A stretch of DNA of 62,693 nucleotides, filler included, from Bdellovibrionota bacterium (GCA_963169515.1; 4 parts of 4 records of this genome joined end to end with filler, not necessarily neighbours in it); one strand, 5' to 3'. Positions 47,671-58,106 are shown, counted from the first letter of the whole stretch. Notes: a model not told the origin generated them from the sequence alone. Made by a program: numbers and translations.

Positions 47671-48566
47671 TAATAGGTGTATTCGCCCACGTTTTCAGGA
47701 CTTCCAATAACCTTTCGAATTTCAATTGCTTTTTTTACAAGTTTTTCAAAATAGCGAATATTCAACTGGGAAGCTCCATCGCATCCGGCAGACATTGGGT
47801 CGGGATGAGTCTCTAAAAACAATGCGTCTGCCCCCGCTGCAACGGCTGCCAAGGTTAGGTGTGGCACAAACCGTGGTTCGCCGCCGGCTGGATCAGCACT
47901 CGGAATTCCATACAATCGAATCACATGGGTCGCATCGAATACAGCAGGAGCGCCCGCTTGTTGCATAATTGGAATGGACCGCATATCTGCGACCAAACGA
48001 TTGTACCCGAAACAAGCACCTCGTTCTGTCAGCATATAGTTTGTGCTGCCGACAGATTTCAATTTGCTTACGATACCGGCCATATTTTCAGGAGCTAAGA
48101 ATTGCCCCTTTTTCACGTTCACGGCCCGTTTCGTGGCTCCGACCGCCATTACAAGAGATGTCTGTTGGCACAAATAAGCGGGAACTTGAATCACATCCAG
48201 GTATTCTGCGCAGACATTAACGTCTTCGTGTCTATGGATGTCGCTTAGCACGGGGATGCCAAATTCTTTGCGAACTTTAGCAAGAATTTTCAAACCTTCT
48301 TCAGCTAAAGGACCTTTCCAATTTTTTTCTGTTCCGCGGTTGTCTTTTTCGTAAGAGCTTTTAAAAATAAGACCGATGTCTAAACGCTCGCAAATATCCA
48401 CCAGCTGTCGTGCGGTCTTCATGATCAGTTCTTCGCTGTCGATCACGCAGGGGCCTGCGATCACAGCAAGTTTTTCGCTTGAACCGACACGAACTTCCGT
48501 GCGATCTGTCTTGATCACACATTTTCGTGTTGGTAACTTAACCGTTTCGATTCTTTCTTTTGTCAT
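47670..48566 (-). CDS. kdsA: KDO8P synthase (variant motif)
   Basis: IAGPCVI, QVPAYLCQQT, NVKKGQF, TERG, FDATH, FLETHP. Confidence 0.9.
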   Translation of the reverse strand: MTKERIETVKLPTRKCVIKTDRTEVRVGSSEKLAVIAGPCVIDSEELIMKTARQLVDICERLDIGLIFKSSYEKDNRGTEKNWKGPLAEEGLKILAKVRKEFGIPVLSDIHRHEDVNVCAEYLDVIQVPAYLCQQTSLVMAVGATKRAVNVKKGQFLAPENMAGIVSKLKSVGSTNYMLTERGACFGYNRLVADMRSIPIMQQAGAPAVFDATHVIRLYGIPSADPAGGEPRFVPHLTLAAVAAGADALFLETHPDPMSAGCDGASQLNIRYFEKLVKKAIEIRKVIGSPENVGEYTY

Positions 48567-49435
48567 TTCGAGGCTCCTTTGACCAGACAATAGTTTTTGT
48601 ATTCTCCGATACGATAATTAAAAAGCTTTTCTATACAATCGCTTAAAAAACAGTTTATATCTTGCAAGGTCCATTCGTTCATTCTCATTTTATAATTAAA
48701 TTTCCAGTTTTGCATGCGAACTTTTTCGTCCATAACCTGTGGGTGTTGATCCGTAAACTTCCTTAGGCCGTAGGATTTTTTGAAGTCGAAACTTTCATTT
48801 TCTGAGTCTTTCTTGTTCCCGTGCCAAAGCTGATCCAAGCGTTTTTTCTTTTCCCCCATTTGTATTGGTGGTTTTACCCAACCATAATGATATACCCGTG
48901 CATTGGCGTGCGCCACTTTGGGTTTTCGGCTATTTACGCGAAAGCCTTGGGCATCGTTCCAGCTTTGAATCCCGCTATTTTTCTTCACAGCTCGCACTTC
49001 GTACCGATACCATTTGCGCGATGTCGCTATGACGTCATATCCCCCGTAAAAGTGAACATACCGAAATAAAAGACCTTCAACCTCAGGGCTATTGTCGTGT
49101 TTTTCCAGGGCAGCTCGGATATTTGGATAATCTACTTCGTGCAGGATTTCATCGGCTTGGATATAGATACACCAATTGTTTCTGCAACGCATTAGGGCTT
49201 CATTGGTCTTTTCACTCAAGATTTTTCCCCCAGAGACTTTGGGCGACCAATCTGTTTTAAAAACGTGAATTTTGGGGTCTCCAATAGATTGAATCATCCC
49301 TAAGGTATCATCTTCACAGGGTCCTAAGCCGACTATAAATTCGTCAACCAACGGCAGGACGCTTTTGATCGCTTCCACGATGGGATAACCCATGATTCGT
49401 GCGTTCCGGACTATGGTGAAACCGCTTACTTGCAT
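48563..49435 (-). CDS. GT2-like glycosyltransferase
   Basis: SGFTIVRNA, YIQADE, YHYGWV. Confidence 0.85.
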   Translation of the reverse strand: MQVSGFTIVRNARIMGYPIVEAIKSVLPLVDEFIVGLGPCEDDTLGMIQSIGDPKIHVFKTDWSPKVSGGKILSEKTNEALMRCRNNWCIYIQADEILHEVDYPNIRAALEKHDNSPEVEGLLFRYVHFYGGYDVIATSRKWYRYEVRAVKKNSGIQSWNDAQGFRVNSRKPKVAHANARVYHYGWVKPPIQMGEKKKRLDQLWHGNKKDSENESFDFKKSYGLRKFTDQHPQVMDEKVRMQNWKFNYKMRMNEWTLQDINCFLSDCIEKLFNYRIGEYKNYCLVKGASK

Positions 49436-49601
49436 AGAGGTCCAAACTACCAATGGTGAAACTAAAGTCAAATACTCAAAAAAGTACTGACGGATGGCTA
49501 ATTTAAAAACATGAAGTTTAATTATTTAAAAAGTTTTGTACAATATAATAGTTAAGGACAAGGCAGGTCACTATTTTGATTACTTATTCGACGGAGACAA
49601 T

Positions 49602-50381
49602 TTGAAACGAATTCTTCTGCTGCTTGAGGACTACAATGAATTGCTTTACATCGAGACACTACTCAAAAAAGTGGGATTTGATGCAATGTCTACCCAAAAA
49701 ACAAAAGGCCTTAGTGATATCATGATGAGTTTTCATCCTACAGTACTTATTGTTTCCGAGACGATTAAAGATTTAAAGGGCGTAGACATTCTTGCCCAAC
49801 AGAAAGAAGACAGAGCGGACCTTTTGGGGATGGTTTTATTAAATCCGGGTTCCAGACAGCCGGCCGGTGGTGCAGATGCATTTATACCGAAACCCATTCA
49901 TCCTCTTTTAATGTTGAAAATTTTAGGAGAGTGGGTGGGCTTCAATGAAGCACGCCTTGTTGAAAAAATTGAAAAGCTCGGACTTTTTAAAAATGAAAAG
50001 GAAGGCGAAGGTATAAAAATTTTTAAAGGTCTGAAAACTACGAACACGGGCGTACTCTACAACCCCGGCGAGCAAGAAGCAGCATCGTCGGACGGCGGGA
50101 TTGTCTACAACCCAGAGCACGGGCCAACTGGTACTCAAGGGGCTGGCCTTAAATTTTTTAAACAGTCATCACAGCAGACAGAAGATCGATTAAAGCGATT
50201 TAACAAGGCGTTGCAAGATCTTCCATCGCCAAAGAACCTGCAGATGGAAAAGAAAACCGTCGCGGTAGAGGTTAAAGAATTTCGAGCACGGACAAACGAT
50301 GCCGAGTTGGTTAATATAGACAAAGAAAGAAAAGCATTTGTCGATGCCCTCTACGATCAAAGGAAAAAATCAAGATCGTAA
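49602..50381 (+). CDS. Atypical receiver-domain protein
   Basis: TTG with GGAGA SD; RILLLLED...HPTVLIVSE...FIPKPI; the phosphoacceptor Asp is apparently absent. Confidence 0.65.
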   Translation: MKRILLLLEDYNELLYIETLLKKVGFDAMSTQKTKGLSDIMMSFHPTVLIVSETIKDLKGVDILAQQKEDRADLLGMVLLNPGSRQPAGGADAFIPKPIHPLLMLKILGEWVGFNEARLVEKIEKLGLFKNEKEGEGIKIFKGLKTTNTGVLYNPGEQEAASSDGGIVYNPEHGPTGTQGAGLKFFKQSSQQTEDRLKRFNKALQDLPSPKNLQMEKKTVAVEVKEFRARTNDAELVNIDKERKAFVDALYDQRKKSRS

Positions 50382-50391
50382 ATTTATTTTT

Positions 50392-50491
50392 NNNNNNNNN
50401 NNNNNNNNNNNNNNNNNNNNNNNNNNNNNNNNNNNTTAATTAATTAANNNNNNNNNNNNNNNNNNNNNNNNNNNNNNNNNNNNNNNNNNNN
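50392..50491. other. Artificial contig linker
   Basis: N44-TTAATTAATTAA-N44. Confidence 0.97.
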
Positions 50492-50599
50492 GTCTCTCAC
50501 TTTAAACCCCTCTTTTTTGAAGAACTGATGGACGAATTCCATAGAACAGTTCCTTCGCGAATGATTTTACTGCATCAAGAAGATGAATTTAATTTTTAG
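50492..50599 (+). CDS. 3' fragment of a gene (possibly an MBL-fold phosphodiesterase)
   Basis: VSHFKPLFFEELMDEFHRTVPSRMILLHQEDEFNF*, overlapping the lptD start. Confidence 0.4.
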   Translation, partial: VSHFKPLFFEELMDEFHRTVPSRMILLHQEDEFNF

Positions 50600-52862
50600 C
50601 CTTCTTTTTTTATTCACTCAAGGCGTCGTGGCGGAAACAACACAGACCAAGGAAGGGATTATCTTCGATGCTGAGGATGCCACAATCCAGCGTCTTGATG
50701 GCGGACAAAAAATTATTTTAAAGAATAAGGTCCAAGTCGTCTATCAGGGACAGCACATTTCCTGTGATAGTGCCGTCATTAATACAAAAACGAAAATCAT
50801 TGAGGCCAGGGGACACGTCATATTAATCAGCCCGGAGGCGAGTCTTGAAAGCGAGGCTCTCAAGCTAGATTACAGCAGCAATACCGGAGAAATTTATAAC
50901 GGCTTTGTCAAAGTCGGACAAATTATTTTTGAAGGTGAACGCATTCGAAAAATAGGTCCCATGGAATTTGAAACCCTTCAGGGGCGATACACTTCTTGTC
51001 AAACTTGCCCGGAAGCGTGGAGCATTAGTGGTTCCAAAGTAAATGCCGAAGTCGGCGATTATGCTTATATAAAAAACTCGGTTATACGAATTGGTAATTT
51101 ACCAATAATGTGGCTTCCGTATCTTGTCGTACCACTAAAAAGTGAACGTCAAACAGGCCTTCTGTTCCCAACCTATGCATTTAGTAAAGCAAGTGGGTTC
51201 ATTTATAATCAAAGTTTCTTTTGGGCAACGGCAGATAATAAAGATATTACTTTTACTGCAAAAAGCTACGCCAAACGCGGTTTGAAAGGGTTAATCAATC
51301 ATCGCTATCTGATTTCACCGGAAAGTCGGGGGGAATTTGATTTCGGCTTTTTGCAAGACAGAGTCTTTTCATTTTCCAAAGAAGATCGTCTTCGCACAAT
51401 CGGCTCTGGGAGTGGTACCGAGGTTGATTACAACCCCAACCGGAAGCTCTTAGACCGATGGTTTGGTAGATACAAGCATCACTATGAGCTGCCCTATAAT
51501 TTTTATCACAACCTTGATTTGAATCTAGTTAGCGACACCCTTTATGCCAGAGACTTCCAAGATGAAGTTACTGCGCGCGGCGATCCTGCGCTTGAAAGTC
51601 GGATGTCGATTACAAAAAATACCGATAGTTCACATTTCAGCATCGATTCATCTTACTATCAGGATTTGCTAAATAATAATCCGCTTGAAACAAACAAGAA
51701 ATCCGTACATCGATTTCCAGAGATCAACTATATACTTTCGCCTTTCCGTATTTTTGATTCAGATCTCTTTTTTAATCTTGAAGCAAACTATGTGAACTTT
51801 GCCCGAGATAGTTTTACCTACGATGACTTAGATGCACTCGGAAATCCAATCGATAACGATGGCCAATACAATAAAGCTACCGACCTGATTCGAACAGGCC
51901 AACGGCTTGATGTCGAACCCGGCCTCGAGTACCCGATGACAATCGGGGACGCCGTAAAGTTTGTTCCAACAGCCTCTTACAGAGAAACTCGATACAATTT
52001 TTCAATCGGAGAAGACCCAACCACTTATCGACGGTATGCCCGGACGGGATTTAGCTTGAGTGCAGATATGTCACGTATTTACCCCAACATTAAGCATGTG
52101 ATAACGCCAGAAATTTCATACACTTCGGTTCCGTGGATTGATCAACCCCCCCATCCCTTTTTTGGAACTAGCTCAGATGATCTGAGATTTAACCAAAACT
52201 TTAAAAAAGATCAGGCCATTAACGACACGGATCTTCTTCAATTTGATTATCAAGATAGGCTCTATGAAAAAAACCTTATTAATTTTGCGCTCACAAATAA
52301 ATTGATACGAAAGCGCGTTCGTTATACCGGAGGACCTAACGACTACAAACAAATTGTAACTTTTAGGCTTTCACAGGCTTATGATTTTTATGAAGCATAC
52401 ACCAATCCAATCAAACCGCAACCATGGTCTGAGATCACAAGTTTGCTTGACATACGGTTGAATAATTTTGAAACAAATGCATTGACGAAGTTTTATCCAT
52501 ACCAAAACACCACGACGAATTCTTCCAGGGTAAAGCTTTTTAATGATACCGGGGACTATGTTCAACTGACGTACGCACAAGACTATGTTTTTGAAACTAT
52601 CAGTTCCATCACCCTTAAATCACGTACAGAAGATTTGACTGTCGGTGCGGGCTTGATTTCAAAATATTTCAATGTCGGCGGCGAGACGACTCTTAACTTA
52701 TTAAAATCAAGTTTTGATACCTATAACTATTTTGTAAAACTCAAACCGCCTGGGAATTGCTGGGGCATCACATTCCAGCAGGGCCGCCCAAAAGATGGCA
52801 GTGCCGAATGGAAGCTCAATATTACTTTTTTGTTTGATGGAAAAACAGAAACAACATTTTAG
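50583..52862 (+). CDS. lptD: LPS assembly protein LptD
   Basis: N-terminal jellyroll, YTSCQTC, PIMWLPY, RQTGLLFP, barrel ending NCWG. Confidence 0.9.
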   Translation: MNLIFSLLFLFTQGVVAETTQTKEGIIFDAEDATIQRLDGGQKIILKNKVQVVYQGQHISCDSAVINTKTKIIEARGHVILISPEASLESEALKLDYSSNTGEIYNGFVKVGQIIFEGERIRKIGPMEFETLQGRYTSCQTCPEAWSISGSKVNAEVGDYAYIKNSVIRIGNLPIMWLPYLVVPLKSERQTGLLFPTYAFSKASGFIYNQSFFWATADNKDITFTAKSYAKRGLKGLINHRYLISPESRGEFDFGFLQDRVFSFSKEDRLRTIGSGSGTEVDYNPNRKLLDRWFGRYKHHYELPYNFYHNLDLNLVSDTLYARDFQDEVTARGDPALESRMSITKNTDSSHFSIDSSYYQDLLNNNPLETNKKSVHRFPEINYILSPFRIFDSDLFFNLEANYVNFARDSFTYDDLDALGNPIDNDGQYNKATDLIRTGQRLDVEPGLEYPMTIGDAVKFVPTASYRETRYNFSIGEDPTTYRRYARTGFSLSADMSRIYPNIKHVITPEISYTSVPWIDQPPHPFFGTSSDDLRFNQNFKKDQAINDTDLLQFDYQDRLYEKNLINFALTNKLIRKRVRYTGGPNDYKQIVTFRLSQAYDFYEAYTNPIKPQPWSEITSLLDIRLNNFETNALTKFYPYQNTTTNSSRVKLFNDTGDYVQLTYAQDYVFETISSITLKSRTEDLTVGAGLISKYFNVGGETTLNLLKSSFDTYNYFVKLKPPGNCWGITFQQGRPKDGSAEWKLNITFLFDGKTETTF

Positions 52863-53275
52863 AAAGATAAAATTTTAAGATCTATTCCTGCGCCATCAAG
52901 TCGATTATTCTCAGAAAAAATGGGATAAATTACGGGCCTGAAAAATGCGTCTTCTTCCAGTGGTTCTTCTTTCCTTGGAGTGTCTTCCGGTGTATTTGCT
53001 GGCGATTCCGGATCGGGAAGATCGTTGGCATTGGGCACAAAGTACACGACGTAAACACCCAGCGCAATACCCGCATACAACCCTAAAGAAGCGCCACGAG
53101 CTATAGAGACCAAACTATCGCCGGGCTTATCTCGAAACGCTAGTGTTGCAGCGCCCACCAAAGTCCCGGCAAGAACCCCGTATGTGCAGCTCATTAAAAA
53201 TTCTTTGGTTGAATCAGCGTACGTGCGGTACGGACACAGTGCGATCAAACTGACCAGAACAAGACGCCTTAACAT
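52859..53275 (-). CDS. Hypothetical membrane protein
   Basis: Signal peptide plus Gly-rich TMs (GVLAGTLVG, GASLGLYAG). Confidence 0.7.
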   Translation of the reverse strand: MLRRLVLVSLIALCPYRTYADSTKEFLMSCTYGVLAGTLVGAATLAFRDKPGDSLVSIARGASLGLYAGIALGVYVVYFVPNANDLPDPESPANTPEDTPRKEEPLEEDAFFRPVIYPIFSENNRLDGAGIDLKILSF

Positions 53276-53306
53276 TCTTTAAGTTTTTCAAGGGATTCTC
53301 TCCCTG

Positions 53307-53687
53307 TCAATAGGGCAGTTGGCTTAAAAAATCCTCAAATACATCTATATGTCCTTTCCTATCGACGGCTGCGTAGTGAAATTCAACCTCAAAATCCGGG
53401 TATCTATGAATATAATAATGGAAGGCATTTTCGATTCGCACTCGCTGGCGCCGTGAAATCCGGTGCAAAAGATAATCTGAATTTTCCACTGTCTTTACTT
53501 CAACAAGAACAATTCGATTATCTTTTCTAAAAATGAGGTCAATTTCAGCAAAACGATGACGTTTTCGATGGCTGATCAAACTAAAACCTAATTTCAAATA
53601 ATGTTCAAAGGCCCTGTGCTCAGAGATCAGCCCCTGATTTTGCGAAGAATTCTTTAACCGCTCCGAAACTTTTCCTGTGAACCTCAC
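53307..53687 (-). CDS. yraN: YraN (UPF0102) family protein
   Basis: G..SE..A..YL, AEIDLI, LVEVK; nearest in-frame GTG start at 53687. Confidence 0.85.
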   Translation of the reverse strand: MRFTGKVSERLKNSSQNQGLISEHRAFEHYLKLGFSLISHRKRHRFAEIDLIFRKDNRIVLVEVKTVENSDYLLHRISRRQRVRIENAFHYYIHRYPDFEVEFHYAAVDRKGHIDVFEDFLSQLPY

Positions 53688-54249
53688 ACGGTCCGTGTTG
53701 GATGATTTTTTCCATGTGTTCCTGTGTTGAGTATCCTTTGTGTTTTTCGAATCCATAGACACCGTACTTTGCGGCAAGCTTCTGCATATAAGCGTCCCGC
53801 GTGACCTTTGCAACAATGCTTGCCGCTGAAATTGGGCTCGCCCGCAAATCCCCTTTTATGATTGTGGTCTGTTTAAAATTCTTCATTTCAGGAATGGAAA
53901 ATTTTCCATCCACAAGTATGTGACCCGACCTTACATTGAGCGCGTCGATCGCCCGCTTCATGGCTAAAAAAGACGCTCGAAAAATGTTAATCTGATCAAT
54001 CTCTTGAACAGTCGCAAAGCCGATGCCCACCTGGTGATGCTCTAAAATGTGCCTGGCCAGATTTTCTCGGCGGACGGCGGACAAAAGCTTGGAATCCGTA
54101 TAATGTTTCTGCCCATCTGTTGAATTTAGAATGACTGCCGCCGCATAGACATTACCCGCCAGACATCCCCGTCCAACCTCATCGACGCCAATGACCGGCG
54201 AAGGTAAAAGATGTTCCCACTCAAAGCGGCCCAGTGTTGCGGTAGCCAA
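53620..54249 (-). CDS. rnhB: Ribonuclease HII
   Basis: [29 protein letters not shown]. Confidence 0.96.
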   Translation of the reverse strand: MATATLGRFEWEHLLPSPVIGVDEVGRGCLAGNVYAAAVILNSTDGQKHYTDSKLLSAVRRENLARHILEHHQVGIGFATVQEIDQINIFRASFLAMKRAIDALNVRSGHILVDGKFSIPEMKNFKQTTIIKGDLRASPISAASIVAKVTRDAYMQKLAAKYGVYGFEKHKGYSTQEHMEKIIQHGPCEVHRKSFGAVKEFFAKSGADL

Positions 54250-54285
54250 GAAGAATCCCCCACTTCGTGTATAATGAGTTTTAAT

Positions 54286-54717
54286 TTACGCTTTTGGAGT
54301 TTCTGCTTTTTCGGTAGATTTTTCTGCGGCGACTCCCGTCGGTGGCGTGTCTACAGCATTTGTATCGTCAGCAACGATGTCAAATTGAATTCGGGCTTTT
54401 CTACCACGTAAATCCCGCAGATAATAAAGTTTACCTCGACGGACTTTACCGTGTGTTAGCACATCAACTTTTTCAATTGATGGGCTTGTAAAGGGAAAGC
54501 ATCGTTCAACCCCAACACCATTAGACATTTTTCGAACTGTAAATGTTTTTGAAGTCCCTGTACCTTGGATTTTAATAACAGTACCTGCATAAATTTGTAC
54601 GCGCTCTTTTTCACCCTCGACAACTTTTACATAAACTTCAACAGTGTCTCCAGGGCGGAAATTTTGTTTTATCATGCGAGTTCTTTTTTGAATAACTCGG
54701 CGCAGTAAATTTTGCAT
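54286..54717 (-). CDS. rplS: 50S ribosomal protein L19
   Basis: [24 protein letters not shown]. Confidence 0.98.
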   Translation of the reverse strand: MQNLLRRVIQKRTRMIKQNFRPGDTVEVYVKVVEGEKERVQIYAGTVIKIQGTGTSKTFTVRKMSNGVGVERCFPFTSPSIEKVDVLTHGKVRRGKLYYLRDLRGRKARIQFDIVADDTNAVDTPPTGVAAEKSTEKAETPKA

Positions 54718-54780
54718 GGCTAGCTCCCTAAAAGATTAAGGTGAATAGATAACACTTGCCGTTGAATTTGGTCAATCTTT

Positions 54781-55545
54781 TCATATTAGGCCTAAAAGCT
54801 TTTTTTCATCTTCAGAAAGGCTTTCAAGCAGGCGATTGGCATCTTCCAACTCCAAAGGCCTTACATTGGATTTTGCCAATAAATCCGGACGCAAATGCTG
54901 TGTTTTAAGGATTGAAACCGACCTTCGCCATTTGCTGATATTCTTATGGTGCCCAGAGGTCAGTATTTCTGGAACCGCCTGCCCCTCAAATTCTGGTGGT
55001 CGGGTAAATTGGGGCCCTTCTAAGAGTTGATTTTCGAACGAATCGGCTTGATGGCTATTTTGATTTCCGAGCACTCCCTCTTGGTAGCGGCCAATGCTAT
55101 CGATAATCACTTGAGCCGCAATTTCTCCACCACTCAGAACATAATCTCCGATTGAAATTTCCTCGTCCACATAGTGATTTATAAAACGCTCGTCAATGCC
55201 TTCATAACGGCCACAGATAAAAACAATATTCGATTTACGAGCTAATTCTTTTGCAAGCCTTGAATTAAATGTTTTCCCTTGAGCCGAAAGACACACGACG
55301 TGCGAGTTTTCTTTTAAGACCGACTTCAAGGATTTTGTTAACGGTTCAGCCAACATAACCATACCTTCACCACCTCCGTATGGCCGATCGTCAACTGTTC
55401 GATGACGATCAAGAGTAAAATCCCGAGGGTTGATCGTTTTTAGAATTATTTTTTTGTCGGCAATAGCTTGTCCGATAACCCCAGACTCGGAAAACGATGA
55501 GAATAACTCGGGGAATAAAGTAATGACGGTGTAGGCTGGTGTCAT
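54781..55545 (-). CDS. trmD: tRNA (m1G37) methyltransferase
   Basis: VDDRPYGGG, CGRYEGIDER, SIGDYVLSGGE. Confidence 0.98.
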   Translation of the reverse strand: MTPAYTVITLFPELFSSFSESGVIGQAIADKKIILKTINPRDFTLDRHRTVDDRPYGGGEGMVMLAEPLTKSLKSVLKENSHVVCLSAQGKTFNSRLAKELARKSNIVFICGRYEGIDERFINHYVDEEISIGDYVLSGGEIAAQVIIDSIGRYQEGVLGNQNSHQADSFENQLLEGPQFTRPPEFEGQAVPEILTSGHHKNISKWRRSVSILKTQHLRPDLLAKSNVRPLELEDANRLLESLSEDEKKLLGLI

Positions 55546-56075
55546 TTCTGCTCCAAAATCCCATCGGGAAGCTTCATCAGTAATTTCTTTTCATGCCAAA
55601 CAATCTCAATCAAAAAATCTTTCACCAGTGGGATCTGGTATTCATCTTCTTCACTGGTAACAATCAACAAATCTTGCACTCCATTGGAACTAAAGGCTGT
55701 AATGACGCCAATATTTCCCAAATCTTCATCCTGAACGGTAAAACCTTCGATTTCACCAAGAAAAATATTTTCACCCGCCCTGCTCACTGTTAGTTTTTTG
55801 GGAATTTGAAAAACCGCTCCAATATATTTATCTGCCTGTGTTCGATCTGTAATCTCTTCCGTCTGGATGATAAGACCTTTTTTGTGGGGTCTTACGGACC
55901 TAATCACAAACTCTCTGTGAAGCGTGTGGTCCTCTTTATTGGGGGACTTATATTCCAGAGTGAATTTTTTTATCTCAGGTAGCCATGGGGCCTCACCTGC
56001 AAAGAGCGCTACAAATAGTTCTCCTTTTAACCCGTGAGAATCTTTAATTTTTCCAACTGTCACTAATTCCATCAT
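55542..56075 (-). CDS. rimM: Ribosome maturation factor RimM
   Basis: VGKIKDSHGLKGE, PRC-barrel C-terminus; operon position. Confidence 0.93.
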   Translation of the reverse strand: MMELVTVGKIKDSHGLKGELFVALFAGEAPWLPEIKKFTLEYKSPNKEDHTLHREFVIRSVRPHKKGLIIQTEEITDRTQADKYIGAVFQIPKKLTVSRAGENIFLGEIEGFTVQDEDLGNIGVITAFSSNGVQDLLIVTSEEDEYQIPLVKDFLIEIVWHEKKLLMKLPDGILEQK

Positions 56076-56107
56076 AAAAAAAAAGGCACCAACTGATGTG
56101 ATGCCTT
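56076..56107 (-). terminator. Intrinsic terminator between khpA and rimM
   Basis: GGCATCA-catcagt-TGGTGCC followed by T9. Confidence 0.75.
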
Positions 56108-56132
56108 ACCCTATTCTTGCAAAAACTAAAAA

Positions 56133-56384
56133 CTATTCTACTATTTCAAGGACGCTACGTTTTTGCAGCTTCGTGCTAGCTGCATTCAAAATTGTTCGCA
56201 TTGACCGCGCCGTACGACCCTGTTTGCCAATCACTTTCACTAAATCCTCTTTAGAAACTTTAAGCTCAACCACTGTCGTTTGTTCGCCTGCGATTTCGTT
56301 TACCTGCACCTGATCTGGATTATCGACTAAAGACTTTGCCATAAATTCGACAAGATCTTTTAAACTTGTATGATCCATTTTCAC
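56133..56384 (-). CDS. khpA: KH-domain RNA-binding protein
   Basis: [16 protein letters not shown]. Confidence 0.93.
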   Translation of the reverse strand: MKMDHTSLKDLVEFMAKSLVDNPDQVQVNEIAGEQTTVVELKVSKEDLVKVIGKQGRTARSMRTILNAASTKLQKRSVLEIVE

Positions 56385-56399
56385 TCCTACTTTTCTGAT

Positions 56400-56654
56400 C
56401 TACTTTCGAGGACCTTCTTTAGCAATCTTCAATAACTTGTGTACACGCTCAGAAGGTTGGGCACCCTTTTTTACCCATGTCTCAATCTTCTCAACGTCCA
56501 AGCTCAACATTTTATCTTTACCGCGAGGCTTTGGGTTATAGTACCCAACTACGTCGAGATGTCTTCCACCTCTCCAATAGCGAGAATCTGCAACCAAAAC
56601 ACGGTACTTAGGCTCATTAACTGACCCAACACGATTTAGTCGAATAACAACCAT
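56400..56654 (-). CDS. rpsP: 30S ribosomal protein S16
   Basis: MVVIRL.R.G, YRVLVADSR, GYYNP, GAQPSERV. Confidence 0.97.
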   Translation of the reverse strand: MVVIRLNRVGSVNEPKYRVLVADSRYWRGGRHLDVVGYYNPKPRGKDKMLSLDVEKIETWVKKGAQPSERVHKLLKIAKEGPRK

Positions 56655-56753
56655 TCCATCACCTCTACAAATGCTCAAAGTTATAATCTTTTGAAGGGTT
56701 TACATTCAATTCTGACTCAATGCAAGCCTTTTCCCTGCTAAATATTTCCCCGT

Positions 56754-58103
56754 TCAAAATGGACCTTTTTTGAACGGACTGTTACCAAAGCTCGGGAATC
56801 GTCCCATCGTTTTCATCATTTGGGACATCATTTTGCGGCTTTTTTCGAACTGAACGACAAATTTATTGATGTCTGAAACTTGGGTGCCGCTACCCTTGGC
56901 AATCCGTAACCGTCTTGATCCATTGAGGATCTTATAGTCCTGCCGCTCTTCAATAGTCATGGATCGGATAATAGCCTCTATTTTCTTAATTTCCTTGTCG
57001 GCAGGCGTCATGTCCTTTATTTGTTTCATTGCCTGCCCCATACCCGGAATCATTTTCATAATAGATTCAAAATTTCCAAGCTTTTTGATCTGTTGAATTT
57101 GAGTCAAAAAATCATCCATTGAGAACTCATTTTTCATCATTTTCTTCGCCATTTTTTGCGAAGTCTCTTCGTCGATCACTTCTTGCGCCTTTTCGACAAG
57201 GGTAACTACATCACCCATATCTAAAATACGTGACGCTAATCGGTCCGGATGAAAAACCTCTATCGCATCGGTCTTTTCACCAACTCCAAGAAATTTTATT
57301 GGGATCCCAATAACCTCGCGAATACTTAAAGCCGCCCCGCCGCGCGCATCTCCATCCACCTTTGTCAGAATCAGGCCCGTCAGCCCCAGCTTTGAATGGA
57401 AACCTTCTGCCACGCTAACAGATTGTTGACCAAGCATTGCGTCCGCGACCAAAAAAATTTCGTTCGGTCTTGCAACGGATTTTATGCGTTCAAGCTCCCC
57501 CATCAAATTTTCGTCGATTTGCAAACGACCCGCCGTATCCACAATAATAACTTCGACATTGTTTTCTGATGCCCATTTTTTGGATTTTTCAACTATGATT
57601 TCAGGCCTGTCGGTTGCCACTGTATCAAATACTGGGATTTCATTTTTATGGGCGAGCGTTTTTAGCTGTTCGATCGCAGCGGGACGATAAATATCCGCAG
57701 GGACAAGTCCTGGCTTTTTCTTAAATTGCTTTCGAATGTATAGCGCAAGCTTTGCCGCCGATGTTGTCTTGCCGCTACCTTGCAGTCCCACAAGCAAAAT
57801 TATCGAAGGTTTTCCCGTAACATTGATTTCCACGCTTCCGCCGCCCAAAAGCGAAACCAACTCGTCATGAACAATTTTTACAAACTGCTGACCTGCCGAT
57901 AGACTTTCCAAAACACTTTGACCGATGGCTTTTTGCTTTACTCTTTCAGTGAATGTTTTGACGACTTTGTAATGGACGTCAGCTTCGAGCAAACTGAGCC
58001 GAATTTCTCGTAAGGCTTCGTCTATATTGGACTCAGAAATTTTTCCGCTTCCACGGATTTTTTTTAAAGTTCCTAATAATTTATCAGACAATTGATCAAA
58101 CAT
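56754..58103 (-). CDS. ffh: Signal recognition particle protein
   Basis: GLQGSGKTT, DTAGR, TKVDGDARGG, Met-rich M domain. Confidence 0.98.
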   Translation of the reverse strand: MFDQLSDKLLGTLKKIRGSGKISESNIDEALREIRLSLLEADVHYKVVKTFTERVKQKAIGQSVLESLSAGQQFVKIVHDELVSLLGGGSVEINVTGKPSIILLVGLQGSGKTTSAAKLALYIRKQFKKKPGLVPADIYRPAAIEQLKTLAHKNEIPVFDTVATDRPEIIVEKSKKWASENNVEVIIVDTAGRLQIDENLMGELERIKSVARPNEIFLVADAMLGQQSVSVAEGFHSKLGLTGLILTKVDGDARGGAALSIREVIGIPIKFLGVGEKTDAIEVFHPDRLASRILDMGDVVTLVEKAQEVIDEETSQKMAKKMMKNEFSMDDFLTQIQQIKKLGNFESIMKMIPGMGQAMKQIKDMTPADKEIKKIEAIIRSMTIEERQDYKILNGSRRLRIAKGSGTQVSDINKFVVQFEKSRKMMSQMMKTMGRFPSFGNSPFKKGPF

Positions 58104-58106
58104 TTT

